Shown: one piece after another, positions 24,278 through 37,931 of the stretch | Layout: every line of letters begins with the position of its first letter | Numbering within the stretch: position 1 is the stretch's first letter | Source of the DNA: Pristiophorus japonicus | Lineage: Eukaryota | Direction: 5' to 3' | DNA: 64,000 nt | Assembly: GCF_044704955.1 (NCBI RefSeq) | Contig: NC_091990.1 | Span: 7,626,001 to 7,690,000 of the forward strand | The notes under the pieces: generated by a model | The model's database searches: none | The model's input: the letters and a program-made list of their open reading frames with translations, nothing else | Told to the model about the DNA's origin: nothing | Made by a program: the position numbers and the translations under genes

Positions 24278-24960
24278 ACCATCATCATAGGTGGTCCCTC
24301 GAACGAGCATGACTTGCTTTCATGAGTTGACAGGTGTTTCGATGAAGGGGCCGATGTTCCAGTCCTAAACTGCAATTGACTGGGTGGAAGATGCCTGTGT
24401 GGATTTTTTTAATATATGGTGACCGTTGCACACCAGCCACCACACGGGCTTGACAGAGCTGGGCCTTTATCCAGTGGCAAGGATTAACCAAGTCGACTGG
24501 AGACCTGCTCTGCTGCACAGACCCAGTGCGCACACATCTCGCAGTGTGGGCCGGCCCGTGCTGCCCCTGGGCCCTCGCCTCTTCTGGGGCCCTCGCCTCT
24601 TCTGGGCCCCTCATTTGCCGCACCTCTGCCACAATCTCTCGCCGCTCCTCCACCAAGCATTCACCTCACCTCCGCCGCGATCTCACACTGCTCTCCGCCA
24701 TGATCTCTCGCCGCTCCTACGCCACGATCTCTTGTTGTACTTGCGCCACAAACTCTCGCTGCTCATCCGCCCCGACCTTCCCACTCCTCTGTACCTGGGC
24801 CCCGCCGATGTTCCTGCCCACACTCCAACACGGCAACCAGGGTTCGATGACGTCACCCAGTCGCCCACCTCAAAATCGTCGCACACTTGGAGCAGCTCGC
24901 GCTGGGGGTTGACGTGATACGCTGCTCCAGCTCTTTTATAGCCCAACCTGCGGACTCATA
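24278..24960 (-). mobile_element. RTE-related non-autonomous element
   Basis: Paralog of 7375-8400 without the Tx1 insert, with (ATC)n tail. Confidence 0.65.
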
Positions 24961-25896
24961 CCTCCGCTGAAGGGCTGATGCCAGACTGAATATCAAAGCC
25001 TCCCACATGGTGATCAGTTCCCCAGTGTGGAAATGGCCGATGGTCCATGTGCGACTATGGTGTGTCGTTACTGTAAAATGATGCACAACTGTCAGTGTGC
25101 CCTCCTGTGAATACTGTGAATGAAATGTGCAACTACACCATGTAAACCAGTGTATAATCTAACCGTTCAGGAAGAATTTTCAAAGAAATACCTGTATCCT
25201 GTTAATTGTTGAATGATTGACTGCTTTATAATTAGTAATGATTACCTTTATGAAATATTGATTTTTAAAATGAAACACAATCTGTAATAAATAGTATTTG
25301 GGGGATCTGGAGGGCTCTGTGTTTCTTCCCCTCGTCTCGCTGTGAAGTATGGGCCAGAACTTGTCCCAACCACTGAAATGGCTTTCCCTCCCTATGTTAC
25401 TGATCGCCTATAAACCTCTGATTTTTATCCCCCCTTGCTAATACTTATTCCGTCTCATTAGATTAATCCTTTGGCTCTCTGAAAACTATGGCTGAGATCC
25501 TTCTGAGTGTAAATTCCATGTCGTTCCATGTCCTCCCAGCCATCATGGTCAATATTAGGGGGAGCTGCTTCCCACAGTTTCCCTCGCCTTCGTCCTGTCT
25601 TACAAACCTCAGCACAATGGTTCTTACTTCAGCTTATTTTACCTTTCAACAGTGCAGTTTATTTTCATCTTGATTCATGTGTTTGACTATTATAAACATG
25701 TGTTAAACTTTATTATATTTGCAATACTATTGTGTCGTGTGGCTACATTTGTGGCTGGGTTTCTTCCTGCCGCACGTTGAGGCCATTGAAAAGTAATTCA
25801 ACAATAGCTTCGTTTAAAATTAGAAACTGCATTTGGACTTTCCTCCAATTGTAAACAAGTATGTTATAAATCGTGATGCCGATTCTTTAAAATAGA

Positions 25897-26607
25897 AGAC
25901 CTGGGTGTCATGGTACATCAGTCATTGAAAGTAGGCATGCAGGTACAGCGGTGAAGAAGGCAAATGGCAAGTTGGCCTTCATAGCGAGAGGATTTGAGTA
26001 TAGGAGCAGGGAGGTCTTGCTGCAATTGTACAGGGCCTTGGTGAGGCTGCACCTTGAATATTGTGTACAGTTTTGGTCTCCTAATATGAGGAAGGACGTT
26101 CTTGCTATTGAGGGAGTGCAGCGAAGGTTCACCAGACTGATTCCCGGGATGGCAGGATTGACATATGAAGAAAGACTGGATCGATTAGGCTTATATTCAC
26201 TGGAGTTTAGAAGGATGAGAGGGGATCTCATAGAAACATATAAAATTCTGACGGGACTGGACAGGTTAGATGCAGGAAGAATGTTCCCGATGTTGGGGAA
26301 GTCCAGAACCAGGGGGGCACAGGTCGAAGGATAAGGGGTAAGCCATTTAGGACCGAGATGAGTAAAAACTTCTTCACTCACAGAATTGTGAACCTGTTGA
26401 ATTCTCTACCATAGAAAGTTGTTGAGGCCAGTTCGTTAGATATATTCAAAAGGGAGTTAGATGTAGTCCTTACAGCTAAAGGGATCCAGGGGTATGGAGA
26501 GAAAGCAGGAATGGGGTGCTGAAGTTGCATGATCAGCCATGATCGTATTGAATGGTGGTGCAGGCTTGAAGGGCCTACACCTGCACCTACTTTCTATGTT
26601 TCTATGT
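25897..26607 (+). mobile_element. CR1 3' fragment
   Basis: Encodes KKANG.LAFIARG...LEYCVQFWSP...RGDLIETYK, tail (TTCTATGT)n. Confidence 0.9.
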
Positions 26608-27912
26608 TTAAAATATACTTTGTCACTAATTTACATTACACGGGATATACGGCACAGAAACAGGCCATTGGGCCAAACCAGTCCGTACCGGCGTTTATGC
26701 TCCACTCGAGCCTCCTCCCGTCTTTCCTCATCCATTGTTATAGATATACCACAAATGGGGAAGCTGGGGGGAAGGGTGGTGAGGTTGATACTCGATGGGA
26801 CCCAGACACAGAACCCCATAACTGATTGGTATATCGAACTCACTCAGTTAATACCTTTCTGTATATTGTGTGCTTTATGAATCTGTTTTGGTGCAATAGT
26901 GTGAAGTGTACTCGCAACTGACTCCAATTCTGAGACAAGTTTTCACCGTCGGTACATTTTTGATATTTTAGACCAACTTTTGCCTTTTCGAATCATTATT
27001 CTTTTCATCGCTGAGTCTTTAGTTTAATTGTCTTTGCTCTCCCTAGTACTATTATATTTAGTTGTGGTTTCTGCAACAAGTATTTATCAACGTGAATGAA
27101 TTTACTCAGTTGCGACATTGAGGTCAATTCTGCTTATCACTGAGGTGGCAGATTATTCATCAGGTTGTGTGTTGACTTCAGGATTTCATAGAAATTTACA
27201 GCACGGAGGAAGGCCATTTCGGCCCATCGTGTCCGAGCCGGCCGACAGAGCGACCCAGCCTAATCCCACTTTCCAGCTCTTGGTCCATGGCCCTGTAGGC
27301 AACAGTACTTCAAGTGCACATCCAAGTACTTTTTTAATGGGATGAAGGTTTCTGCCTCTACCACCCTTTCAGGCCGTGATTTCCAGACCCGCACCACCCT
27401 CTGCGTGAAAAAATGTCCCCTCAAATCCCCTCGAAACCTCCTATCAATTACTTTAAATCTACACCCCCTGGTTGTTGACCCCTCTGCCAAGGGAAAAAGG
27501 TCCTTCTCATCCACTCTATCCAGGCCCCTCATAATTTTATACAGCTCATGAGTTGAGTACCAAGGTAAGACTGATACCAGGCGAGAGCTGAACAATGGAG
27601 TAGAGATGTGGAAAGAGGGTGGTATGGTTGACCCTGTAAAAGGCTGCAGAGAGGTTGAGGAGAATGAGAGAAAATGCACCATGGTCATAGTCACAGGATG
27701 TCTTTTGTAACTTTGATTCTGGCTGTTTCAGAACTGAGGGTGGAGGTGGGGATGGGGAGAGGTTAAATCTGATTGGACAGATCGAAACATGGAGTTGCAT
27801 GAAAGATGGGCACGGATTTAGGAGATAATAACACATTCAAGGACTTTGGAGAAGAAAGACTGGAGATAGGGCGGTAGTTTACAAAGCCAAAGGGGTTGAG
27901 AGTGTTTTTTGA

Positions 27913-28450
27913 GAAGAAGATGCTGTCAGAGTCATAGAGATAGAAGAGATATTGGATGGGATAAAAATTGATAAGGAGGAGGTACGAGAAAGGCTGGCTG
28001 AACTTAAAGTCACCAGGACCAAATGAGATGCATCCCAGGATGCTGAGGGAAGTAAAGGTGGAAATTGCAGAGGGACTAGCCATAATCTTCCAATCCTCCT
28101 TAGATACCGGGCTGGTGCCAGAGAACTGGAGAATTGCAAATGTTACACCCTTGTTCAAAAAAGGGTGCAAAGATAAAGCCAGCAACTACAGGCCGGTCAG
28201 TTTAACTTTGGTAGTGGGGCAACTTTGAGAAATGATAATCAGGGACAAAATTAACAGTCTGGATTAATTAAGGAAAGCTAGCAAGGATTTGTTAAGGGAA
28301 ATTGTGTTTAACTAACATGATTGCGTTTTTTGATGAGGTAACAGAGAGGGTTGATGGGGGAAATGTGATAGATGTGTACATGGACATGCAAAAAGTGTTC
28401 GATAAAGTGTCACATAATATGCTTGCCAGCAAAGTTGAAGCCCATGGAAT
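27913..28450 (+). mobile_element. Older CR1 ORF2 fragment, resumes at 35184-35290
   Basis: KSPGP..MHPR...NYRPVSLT. ...GCCCATGGAAT continues as AAAGGGACAGTGGCAGCATGG after the younger CR1. Confidence 0.75.
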
Positions 28451-31400
28451 GAGCAGTGGTGCAGCAGGGAGGGATTCAAATTCCTGGGGCATTGGAACCG
28501 GTTCTGGGGGAGGTGGGACCAGTACAAACCGGACGGTCTGCACTTGGGCAGGACCGGAACCAATGTCCTAAGGGGAGTGTTTGCTAGTGCTGTTGGGGAG
28601 GAGTTAAACTAATATGGCAGGGGAATGGGAACCAATTCAGGGAGACAGAGGGAAACAAAATGGAGACAGAAGCAAAAGACAGAAAGGAGATGAGTAAAAG
28701 TGGAGGGCAGAGAAACCCAAGGCAAAAAACAAAAAGGGCCAATGTACAGCAAAATTCTAAAGGGTCAAAGTGTAATAAAAAAAGCAAGCCTGAAAGCTCG
28801 ATGGGAGGAGTATTCGGAACCCAGGAGAGGGCTCTGAGCTAGTTAGAGTGGGTGAGAGCTCAGATGAACAGGACCCCAAGAAAGAATGCAAAAGGCAGGA
28901 GGCAACAGAGCAGAGTAACACTGGGGTAAGTGTAAACCACAAGGTGATAGGAAGGGACAATATGTATGAATATAAAGGGGCTGCAGGAGGGGTCAAAACT
29001 AAAAAATCATGGTTTAAAAACTAGTATTAAAACACTCTACCTAAACGCACATCAGCATTCGAAATAAAGTAAATGAGTTGAGGGCACAAATCATTACAAA
29101 TGGGTATGATTTGGTGGCCATTACAGAAACGTGGTTGCAAGGTGGCCAAGACTGGGAATTAAACATACAGGGGTATCTGACAATTCGGAAGGATAGACAA
29201 GAAGGGAAAGGAGGTGGGGTAGCTCTGTTAATAAAGGATGATATCAGGGCAGTTGTGAGAGATGATATTGGCTCTAATGAACAAAATGTTGAATCATTGT
29301 GGGTGGAGATTAGAGATAGTAAGGGGAAAAAGTCACTGGTGGGCGTAGTTTATAGGCCCCCAAATAATAACTTCACGGTGGGGCGGGCAATAATCAAGGG
29401 AATAATAGAGGCATGTGAAAAAGGAACGGCAGTAATCATGGGGGATTTTAACCTACATATCGATTGGTCAAATCAAATCGCACGGGGTAGCCTGGAGGAG
29501 GAATTCATAGAATGCATACAGGATTGTTTCTTAGAACAGTATGTTACAGAACCTACAAGGGAGCAAGCTATCTTAGATCTGGTCCTGTGTAATGAGAGAG
29601 GAATAATAAACGATCTCCTAGTAAAAGATCCTCTTGGAATGAGTGATCACAGTATGGTTGAATTTGTAATACAGATTGAGGGTGAGGAAGTAGTGTCTCA
29701 AACGAGCGTACTATGCTTAAACAAAGAGGACGACAGTGGGATGAGGGCAGAGTTAGCTAAAGTAGACTGGGAACACAGACTAAACGGTGGCACAATTGAG
29801 GAACAGTGGAGGACTTTTAAGGAGCTCTTTCATAGTGCTCAACAAAAATATATTCCAGTGAAAAAGAAGGGTGGTATGAGAAGGGATAACCAGCCGTGCA
29901 TAACCAAGGAAATAAAGGAGAGTATCAAATTAAAAACCAATGCGTATAAGGTGGCCAAGGTTAGTGGGAAACTAGAAGATTGGGAAAATTTTAAACGACA
30001 GCAAAGAATGACTAAGAAAGCAATAAAGAAAGGAAAGATAGATTACGAAAGTAAAATTGCGCAAAACATAAAAACAGATAATAATAGCTTTTACCGATAT
30101 ATAAAACGGAAGAGAAAGACTAAAGTAAATGTTGGTCCCTTAGAAGATGAGAAGGGGGATTTAATAATGGGAAATGTGGAAATGGCTGAGACCTTAAACA
30201 ATTATTTTGCTTCGGTCTTCACAGTGGAAGTCACAAAAACCATGCCAAAAATTGCTGGTCACGGGAATGTGGGAAGGGAGGACCTTGAGACTATCACTAT
30301 CACTAGGGAGGTAGTGCTGGACAGGCTAATGGGACTCAAGGTAGACAAGTCCCCTGGTCCTGATGAAATGCATCCCAGGGTATTAAAAGAGATGGCGGAA
30401 GTTAAAGCAGATGCATTCGTTATAATCTACCAAAATTCTCTGGATTCTGGGGAGGTACCAGCGGATTGGAAAGCAGCTAATGTAACGCCCCTGTTTAAAA
30501 AAGAGGGCAGACAAAAGGCAGGTAACTATATGCCGGTTAGTTTAACATTTGTAGTGGGGGAAATGCTTGAAGCTATCATTAAGGAAGAAATATCGGGACA
30601 TCTAGATAGGAATAGTGCAATCAAGCAGACGCAACATGGATTCATGAAGGGGAAATCATGTTTAACTAACTTACTGGAATTCTTTGAGGATATAACGAGC
30701 ATGGTGGATAGAGGTGTACCGATGGATGTGGTGTATTTAGATTTCCAAAAGGCCATTCGATAAGGTGCCACACAAAAGGTTACTGCAGAAGATAAAGATA
30801 CGCGGAGTCAGAGGAAATGTATTAGCATGGATCAAGAATTGGCTGGCTAACAGAAAGCAGAGTCGGGATAAAGAGGTCCTTTTCGGGTTGGAAATCGGTG
30901 GTTAGTGGTGTGCCACAGGGATTGGTGCTGGGACCACAACTGTTTACAATATACATAGATGACCTGGAAGAGGGGACAGAGTGTAGTGTAACAAAATTTG
31001 CAGATGACACAAAGATTAGTGGGAAAGCGGGTTGTGTAGAGGACACAGAGAGGCTGCAAAGAGATTTGGATAGGTTAAGCGAATGGGCTAAGGTTTGGCA
31101 GATGGAATACAATGTCGGAAAATGTGAGGTCATCCACCTTGGGGAAAAAAAACAGTAAAAGGGAATATGATTTGAATGCGTAGAAATTACAATGTGCTGC
31201 GTTGCAGAGGGACCTGGGGGTCCTTGTGCATGAAACTCTTTTGGGAGCGAACAAAAACGTTAAACCGTGCCCCCCCCCCGATCTGGGGGAAACACCAACC
31301 ATTTACAAGGCTTTTTTTTGGGGGCACAGAATCATATTTTCCTCCAAGTGCCCCCTATAAAAGGGGAGGGGGACACTAAAAGCACCGGCAATTAAAACAA

Positions 31401-34400
31401 ATTAACTTAAAAACATAAAATCAAATTAAAATTTGGTTGCCGGGCGTGATGATGCACTCCAGTCCCTCCGGTGCCCACCTCTCGCGGAAGGCCGCGAGCG
31501 TACCGGTGGACACCGCGTGCTCCATCTCCAGGGACACCCTGGCTCGGATGTAGGCGCGGAAGAGAGGCAGGCAGTCGGGCTGAACGACCCCCTCGACCGC
31601 CCGCTGCCTGGACCGGCTGATGGCCTCCTTGGCCGTGCCCAGGAGCAGTCCTACGAGGAGGCCCTCGGACCTACCCGCTCCCCTCCGCACAGGGTGCCCA
31701 AAGATCAGGAGTGTGGGACTGAAGTGCAGCCAGAATTTCAGGAGCAGCCCCTTCAAATAACAAAACAGGGGCTGCAACCTCGTGCACTCAATAAAAACAT
31801 GGAACACGGACTCCTCCAGACCGCAGAAATTGCAGGCGGCCTGGGAGCCCGTGAACCGACTTAAAAATTTATTGCACGGCGCTGCTCCGTGCACCACCCT
31901 TCAGGCCAAGTCCCCGACAAATAGTGGGAGGACCCCTGCGTAGAGTGCCCTCCATCGGGGACCCCCGCCTCCTCCGGACGGCAAGATGGTACGCCATGGC
32001 GTGTCTGGACGGCAGGCGAGGATGGCAAAGTTGAGAGTGTGCAGGAGCAGCCCGTACAGGAAACCCCTCCGCACGGAACTGAAAGGCACGGAGGGGATTT
32101 CCCCGAGGTGGCTCAAGTTGTGAGGCGCCGGCCCCCGAGGGAGGTTCCGGGGTTTGGCGTCGATGAAGAATTCCGTCCGGACGGGGGTCAGTTCAGACGG
32201 GATCTCCCCATGTGCTTGAGCCTCCTCAATGCACCTAACGGAGTCAGGGCCCAGAGCTCTTTTTAGCAACTTGATGGCATCGGCCGCGCGACGGACGTTG
32301 GCAGAATTTAGGCGCCGCGCCAGCATGTCTGGCGCCATCCAGCCCGCTCCTCCGCCATCGAGCAGATCCCTGACCCTGGTCACCTCACCAGCCACAGCCC
32401 TCTCTTCCGACCGCCACAAAAAACCTTGGTCGTGGAGGTACGGATTCCCGAGCAGCGGCTCCTGCAGGACAGCCGCCACTCCAGCCGGTGGAGAGCTGCG
32501 CTTGGTGGAGACTTTGTTCCAGACCCTGATGAGTTCCTGGTAAAAGACAGGCAGCTCCCGGAGGGAACAGGAGCTGCGTGTCGTAGTTGAGGCTGTGCTG
32601 CTGGCGGAAGAAATACATCACCAGAGCACACCACCTGGGAGGGGGCTCGACGTAAAGGTATCTCTGCAGGGTCTGAAGACGGAAAGTCGCGAGCTGGGCG
32701 CTGACGCACACCAACGACTGACTGCCCTCCTCAAGCGGGAGACTCAAGACCGCGGCAGAGACCCAGTGCTTCCTGTTGTTCCAGAAGAAGTCCACCAGCT
32801 TCTTCTGTATCTTGGCGACAAACGCAGGGGGAGGGGTCAAAGTGACCAGCCGGTACCACAACATGGCGGCCACCAGCTGGTTTATGACTAGCGCTCGACC
32901 CCTGTAGGACAGCACTCGGAGCAGTCCTGTCCAGCGCCCTAGGCGAGCGGCGACCTTGGCCTCCAGCTCCTGCCAGTTCGCCGGCCAGGCTTCCTCGTCG
33001 GGGCTAAGGTAGACTCCCAGATAGAGGAGATGGGTCGTGCTCCAGGAAAAAGGCCTGAGCCCCTCCGGCAGGGAGTCTACCCGCCACTGACCCACCAGGA
33101 GTCCGGAACATTTCTCCCAGTTGATCCTGGCGGAGGACGCGGCCGAGTAAATCTCCTGACACTCACGCATCCTCCGCAGGTCAGCGGGATCCTCTACCGC
33201 GAGGAGCACGTCATCGGCGTAAGCCGAGAGGATGACCTCCACGCCCGGCCCTTGCAGAGCCAGTCCCGTCAACCTCGTCCGCAAGAGGCGCAGGAAAGGC
33301 TCCACGCAAACAGCATATAACTGGCCGGACATGGGGCATCCCTGGCGCACCCCTCTCCCAAAGCAAAGGGGCGCCGTCAAGGACCCGTTAACCTTAATCA
33401 GACACTCCGCGGCGGCGTATAAAAGTCGGATCCTGGCGACGAAATGCGTCCCGAACCCGAAAGCGCGCAGAGTTCCGAGCAGATAGTCGTGATCCACCCT
33501 GTCGAACGCCTTCTCTTGGTCGAGGGATAGGAAGGCGACCGACAGACCAGCCTCCTGGGAGTAATGGATGAGGTCCTGGACCAGATGGATGTTATCGTGG
33601 ATTGTCTGGCCCGGGACCGTGTAGGACTGGTCGGGGTGGATCATGTGGTCCAGCACGGCACCAAGGCAAGCAGACATCGCCCTGGTGAAGATTTTGTAGT
33701 CCGTGCTAAGGAGGGAGACCGGGCGCCAGTACTTAAGGAGGTGGAGATCGCCCTTCTTAGGCAGCAGGACGATGACTGCCCTGCGCCAAGAGAGGGGCAT
33801 CTCCCCGGTCGCCAGACTTTCCCCCAGGACCCGCGCGTAGTCGCCCCCCCAGGACGTCCCAGAACGCCCTGTGGAACTCCACGGTCAGCCCGTCCAGCCC
33901 CGGGGATTTTCCCCTCGAGAGCCAGTTGAGGGCGCCGATCAGCTCCGCCAGGCTTAGCGGAGCTTCCAGATTTTCGGCGCCCTCCGGGCTGACCTTCGGC
34001 AGGTCCTCCCACAAAACTCTACGCGCTTCCTCACTGGACGGCTCCGGAGAGAACAGGGCCCAATAATATTCACGGGCCCTGTTGTTGACACCCTCCGGAT
34101 CCGAGACGAGAGAGCCGTCGTCGGCCAGCAGCGTCAAGAGCTGCTTACGGACACCCTGTCTTTTTTCCAGCAAGTAGAAGAAGTGGGAGCCGCGGTCCAG
34201 ATCCCGCAGGAACCGGATCCGCGACCTCACGAACGCGCCTCGGGACCCGACGAGCTGCAGGTCCTTCAGCGCGGCCTTCTTCGCTTCGTACACCGTCCGC
34301 AGGGCCAGGTCCCCGACGACTTGACTGAGACGGGATGCCAGGTCGAGCACCTCTTTATCTAGGAGCCCGACTCTGGCCGCCCGCCTCTTGGTCGACCCCC

Positions 34401-35183
34401 TCGCGTACTCTTGACAGAAGACGCGGATGTGAGCCTTGCCCACGTCCCACCATAGCCTCAAGGAGGGGAAGCTCCTTGTGCATGAATCCCCCAAAAAAAG
34501 GTTAGTTTGCAGGTGCAGCAGGTAATCAGGAAGGCAAATGGAATGTTGGCCTTCATTGCGAGAGGGATGGAGTACAAAAGCAGGGAGGTGTTGCTGCAAC
34601 TGTACAGGGTATTGGTGAGGCCGCACCTGGAGTACTGCGTGCAGTTTTGGTCACCTTACTTAAGGAAGGATATACTAGTCTTGGAGGGGGTACAGAGACG
34701 ATTCACTGGGCTGATTCCGGAGATGAGGGGGTTACCTTATGATGATAGATTGAGTAGACTGGGTCTTGTTGGAGTTCAGAAGGATGAGGGGTGATCTTAG
34801 AGAAACATTTAAAATAATGAAAGGGATAGACAAGATAGAGGCAGAGAGGTTGTTTCCACTTGTCGGGGAGACTAGAACTAGGGGGCACAGCCTCAAAATA
34901 CAGGGGAGCCAATTTAAAACCGAGTTGAGAAGGAATTTCTTCTCCCAGAGGGTTGTGAATCTGTGGAATTCTCTGCCAAGGAAGCAGTTGAGGCTAGCTC
35001 ATTGAATGTATTCAAGTCACAGATAGATAGATTTTTAACCAATAAGGGAATTAAGGGTTACGGGGAGCGGGCGGGTAAGTGGAGCTGAGTCCACGGCCAG
35101 ATCAGCCATGATCTTGTTGAATGGCGGAGCAGGCTCGAGGGGCTAGATGGCCTACTCCTGTTCCTAATTCTTATGTTTTTATG
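28451..35183 (+). mobile_element. Young near-full-length CR1 LINE (end of SGNH-esterase ORF1, APE-RT ORF2), interrupted by Tx1
   Basis: ORF1 end WCSREGFKFLGHWNRFWGRWDQYKPDGLHL. ORF 29078-30763 has ITETWL, GDFN and SDH endonuclease motifs. FADD near 31000, several frameshifts, TTCTTATG-type tail at 35168-35183. Confidence 0.92.
31235..34472 (-). mobile_element. 5'-truncated Tx1-clade LINE (RT with YADD, C-terminal zinc motif), frameshifted
   Basis: LDQEKAFDRVDH, RQGCPMS, SAYADDV, CNFCGLEESVFHVFIEC. TSD TCCTTGTGCATGAA at 31221-31234 and 34473-34486. Confidence 0.95.
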
Positions 35184-35294
35184 AAAGGGACAGTGGCAGC
35201 ATGGATATGAAATTGGCTCAGTGACAGGAAACAGAGAGTAGTGATGAATGGTTGTTTTTCAGACTGGGGTCGGTACTAGGACCACTGCATTTCT

Positions 35295-35927
35295 TAGAAA
35301 CATAGAAACATAGAAAATAGGAGCAGTAGTAGGCCATTCAGCCCTTCGAGCCTGCACCACCATTCAATATGATCATGGCTGATCCTCTATCTCAACACCA
35401 TATTCCCGCTTTTTGCCCATACCCCTTGATGCCTTTTGTTTCTAGAAATCTATCTATCTCCCTCTTAAATACATTCAGTGACTTGGCCTCCACAGCCTTC
35501 TGTGGTAGAGAATTCCACAGGTTCACCACCCTCTGAGTGAAAAGATTTCTCCTCATCTCGGTCCTAAATTTCCTACCCCGTATCCTGAGACAGTTATCAT
35601 GTATGTCGACCATATATACTGACTGTATAGTCACATAAAGTGTGCCACCAGAGAGCACTGCGGTGGGAGACCTGAGGGTCACCTGATAGGTGTGCAGGGC
35701 CCAGTATAAAAGGCTGCCCACCATCTTGTGTGTCACTCTGGAGTTACAATGAATGGGCCTAAGGTCACAACAGCTCAAGTACAATACTAGACCTCGTGGA
35801 GTCATTCATAAATATTAAAGACATAACAACTGTGACCCCTTGTTCTAGACTTCCCAGCCAGGGGAAACATCCTCCCCACATCCAGTCTATCCAATCCTGT
35901 CAGAATTTTATACATTTCAATGAGATC
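35295..35927 (-). mobile_element. CR1 3' end (older subfamily), resumes at about 37302-37930
   Basis: (AGAAACAT)n tail on +. RT motifs FADN and KAFDKVPH lie in the 37.3-37.9 kb part. Confidence 0.8.
35592..35828 (+). mobile_element. Probable solo LTR (about 237 bp) inserted in CR1
   Basis: Interrupts CR1 GAGAC/TGTGACC. Ends (A)GTTAT...ATAACA are short inverted termini, TATAAAA at about 35705. Confidence 0.6.
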
Positions 35928-37304
35928 TGCTATAACTTCCGCCATCTCTTTTAATACCCTGGGATGCATTTCATCAGGACCAGGGGACTTGTCTACCTTG
36001 AGGCCCATTAGCCTGTCTAGCACTACCCCCCTAGTGATAGTAATTGTCTCAAGGTCCTCTCTTCCCACATTCCTGTGACCAGCAATTTTTGTCATGGTTT
36101 TTGTGTCTTCCACTGTGAAGACCGAAGCAAAATAATTGTTTAAGGTCGCAGCCATTTCCACATTTCCCATTATTAAATCCCCCTTCTCATCTTCTAAGGG
36201 ACCAACATTTACTTTAGTCACTCTTTTCCGTTTTATATATCTGTAAAAGTTTTTACTATCCGTTTTTATGTTTTTCGCAAGTTTACCTTCATAATCTATC
36301 TTTCCTTTCTTTATTGCTTTCTTAGTCATTCTTTGCTGTCGTTTAAAATTTTCCCAATCTTCTATTTTCCCACTAACCTTGGCCACCTTATACGCATTGG
36401 TTTTTAATTTGATACTCTCCTTTATTTCCTTGGTTATTCACAGCTGATTATCCCTTCTCTTACCGCCCTTCTTTTTCACTGGAATATATTTTTGTTGAGC
36501 ACTATGAAAGAGCTCCTTAAAAGTCCTCCACTGTTCCTCAATTGTGCCACCATTTAGTCTGTTTCCAGTCTACTTTAGCCAACTCTGCCCTCATCCCACT
36601 GTAGTCCCCTTTGTTTAAGCATAGTACGCTCGTTTGAGACACTACTTCCTCATCCTCAATCTGTATTACAAATTCAATCATACTGTGATCACCCATTCCA
36701 AAAGGATCTTTTACTAGGAGATCGTTTATTATTCCTCTCTCATTACACAGGACCAGATCTAAGATAGCTTGCTCCCTTGTAGGTTCTGTAACATACTGTT
36801 TTAAGAAACAATCCCGTATGCATTCTTTGAATTCCTCCTCCAGGCTACCCCGTGCGATTTGATTTGACCAATCGATATGTAGGTTAAAATCCTCCATGAT
36901 TACTGCTGTTCCTTTTTCACATGCCTCCATTATTCCCTTGATTATTGCCCTCCCCACCATGAAGTTATTATTTCCACTGGTCGGGGAGACTAGAACTAGT
37001 GGGCACAGCCTCAAAATACGGGGGAGCCAATTTAAAACCGAGTTGAGAAGGAATTTCTTCTCACAGAGGGTTGTGAATCTGTGGAATTCTCTGCCCAAGG
37101 AAGCAGTTGAAGCTAGCTCATTGAACGTATTCAAGTCACAGATAGATAGATTTTTAACCAATAAGGGAATTAAGGGTTACGGGGAGCGGGCGGGTAAGTG
37201 GAGCTGAGTCCACGGCCAGATCAGCCATGATCTTGTTGAATGGCGGAGCAGGCTCGAGGGGCTAGATGGCCTACTCCTGTTCCTAATTCTTTATGTTCTT
37301 ATGT
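35925..37304. mobile_element. Young CR1 copy with inverted 5' part (35925-36973 minus, 36971-37304 plus)
   Basis: Minus part corresponds to 29362-30412 and plus part to 34854-35183. Confidence 0.88.
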
Positions 37305-37931
37305 ACTCAAATCCTCTTGCAATGAAGGCCAACATACCATTTTCCTTCCTAACTGCTTGCTGCACCTACATGTTTGCTTTCAATGACTGGTGTAGAAGGA
37401 CATCCAGGTCCCTCTGTACATCGACTCTTCCCAAGCCATCACCATTTAAATAATACTTTGTCCTTATGTTTTTCCTACCAAAGTGGATAACTTCACATTT
37501 ATCCACGTTATACTGCATCTGCCATGTGTTTGCCCACTCACTCAACCGATCTAAATCACCTTGCAGCGACTTTGCATCCTCCTCACAACTCACAATCCCA
37601 CCTAGTTTTGTGTTGTCAGCAAACTTGGAAATATTACATTTGGTTCCCTCATCCAAATCATTTATATATATATTGTGAATAGCTGGGGCCCAAGCACTGA
37701 TCCTGTGGTACCCCACTAGTCACTGCCCGACACGCCGAAAAAGACACCGTTTATTCCTACACTCTGTTTCTTGTCAGTTAACCAATTTTCAATCCATGCC
37801 AATACATTAACCCCAATCCTATGTGCTTTTATTTTGCACACTGACCTCTTATGTGGGACTTTATCAAAGGCCTTCTGATAATCCAAATACACTACATCCA
37901 CTGGTTCTCCCTTATCTATTCTATCAGTTAC

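Noticed and set aside
31221-31234. Idea that the Tx1 target is an rRNA or snRNA sequence (GCATGAA also occurs in 28S rRNA)
   Set aside because: Only a 7-nt match and no RNA-gene flanks in this window. It cannot be supported without a genome-wide junction survey.
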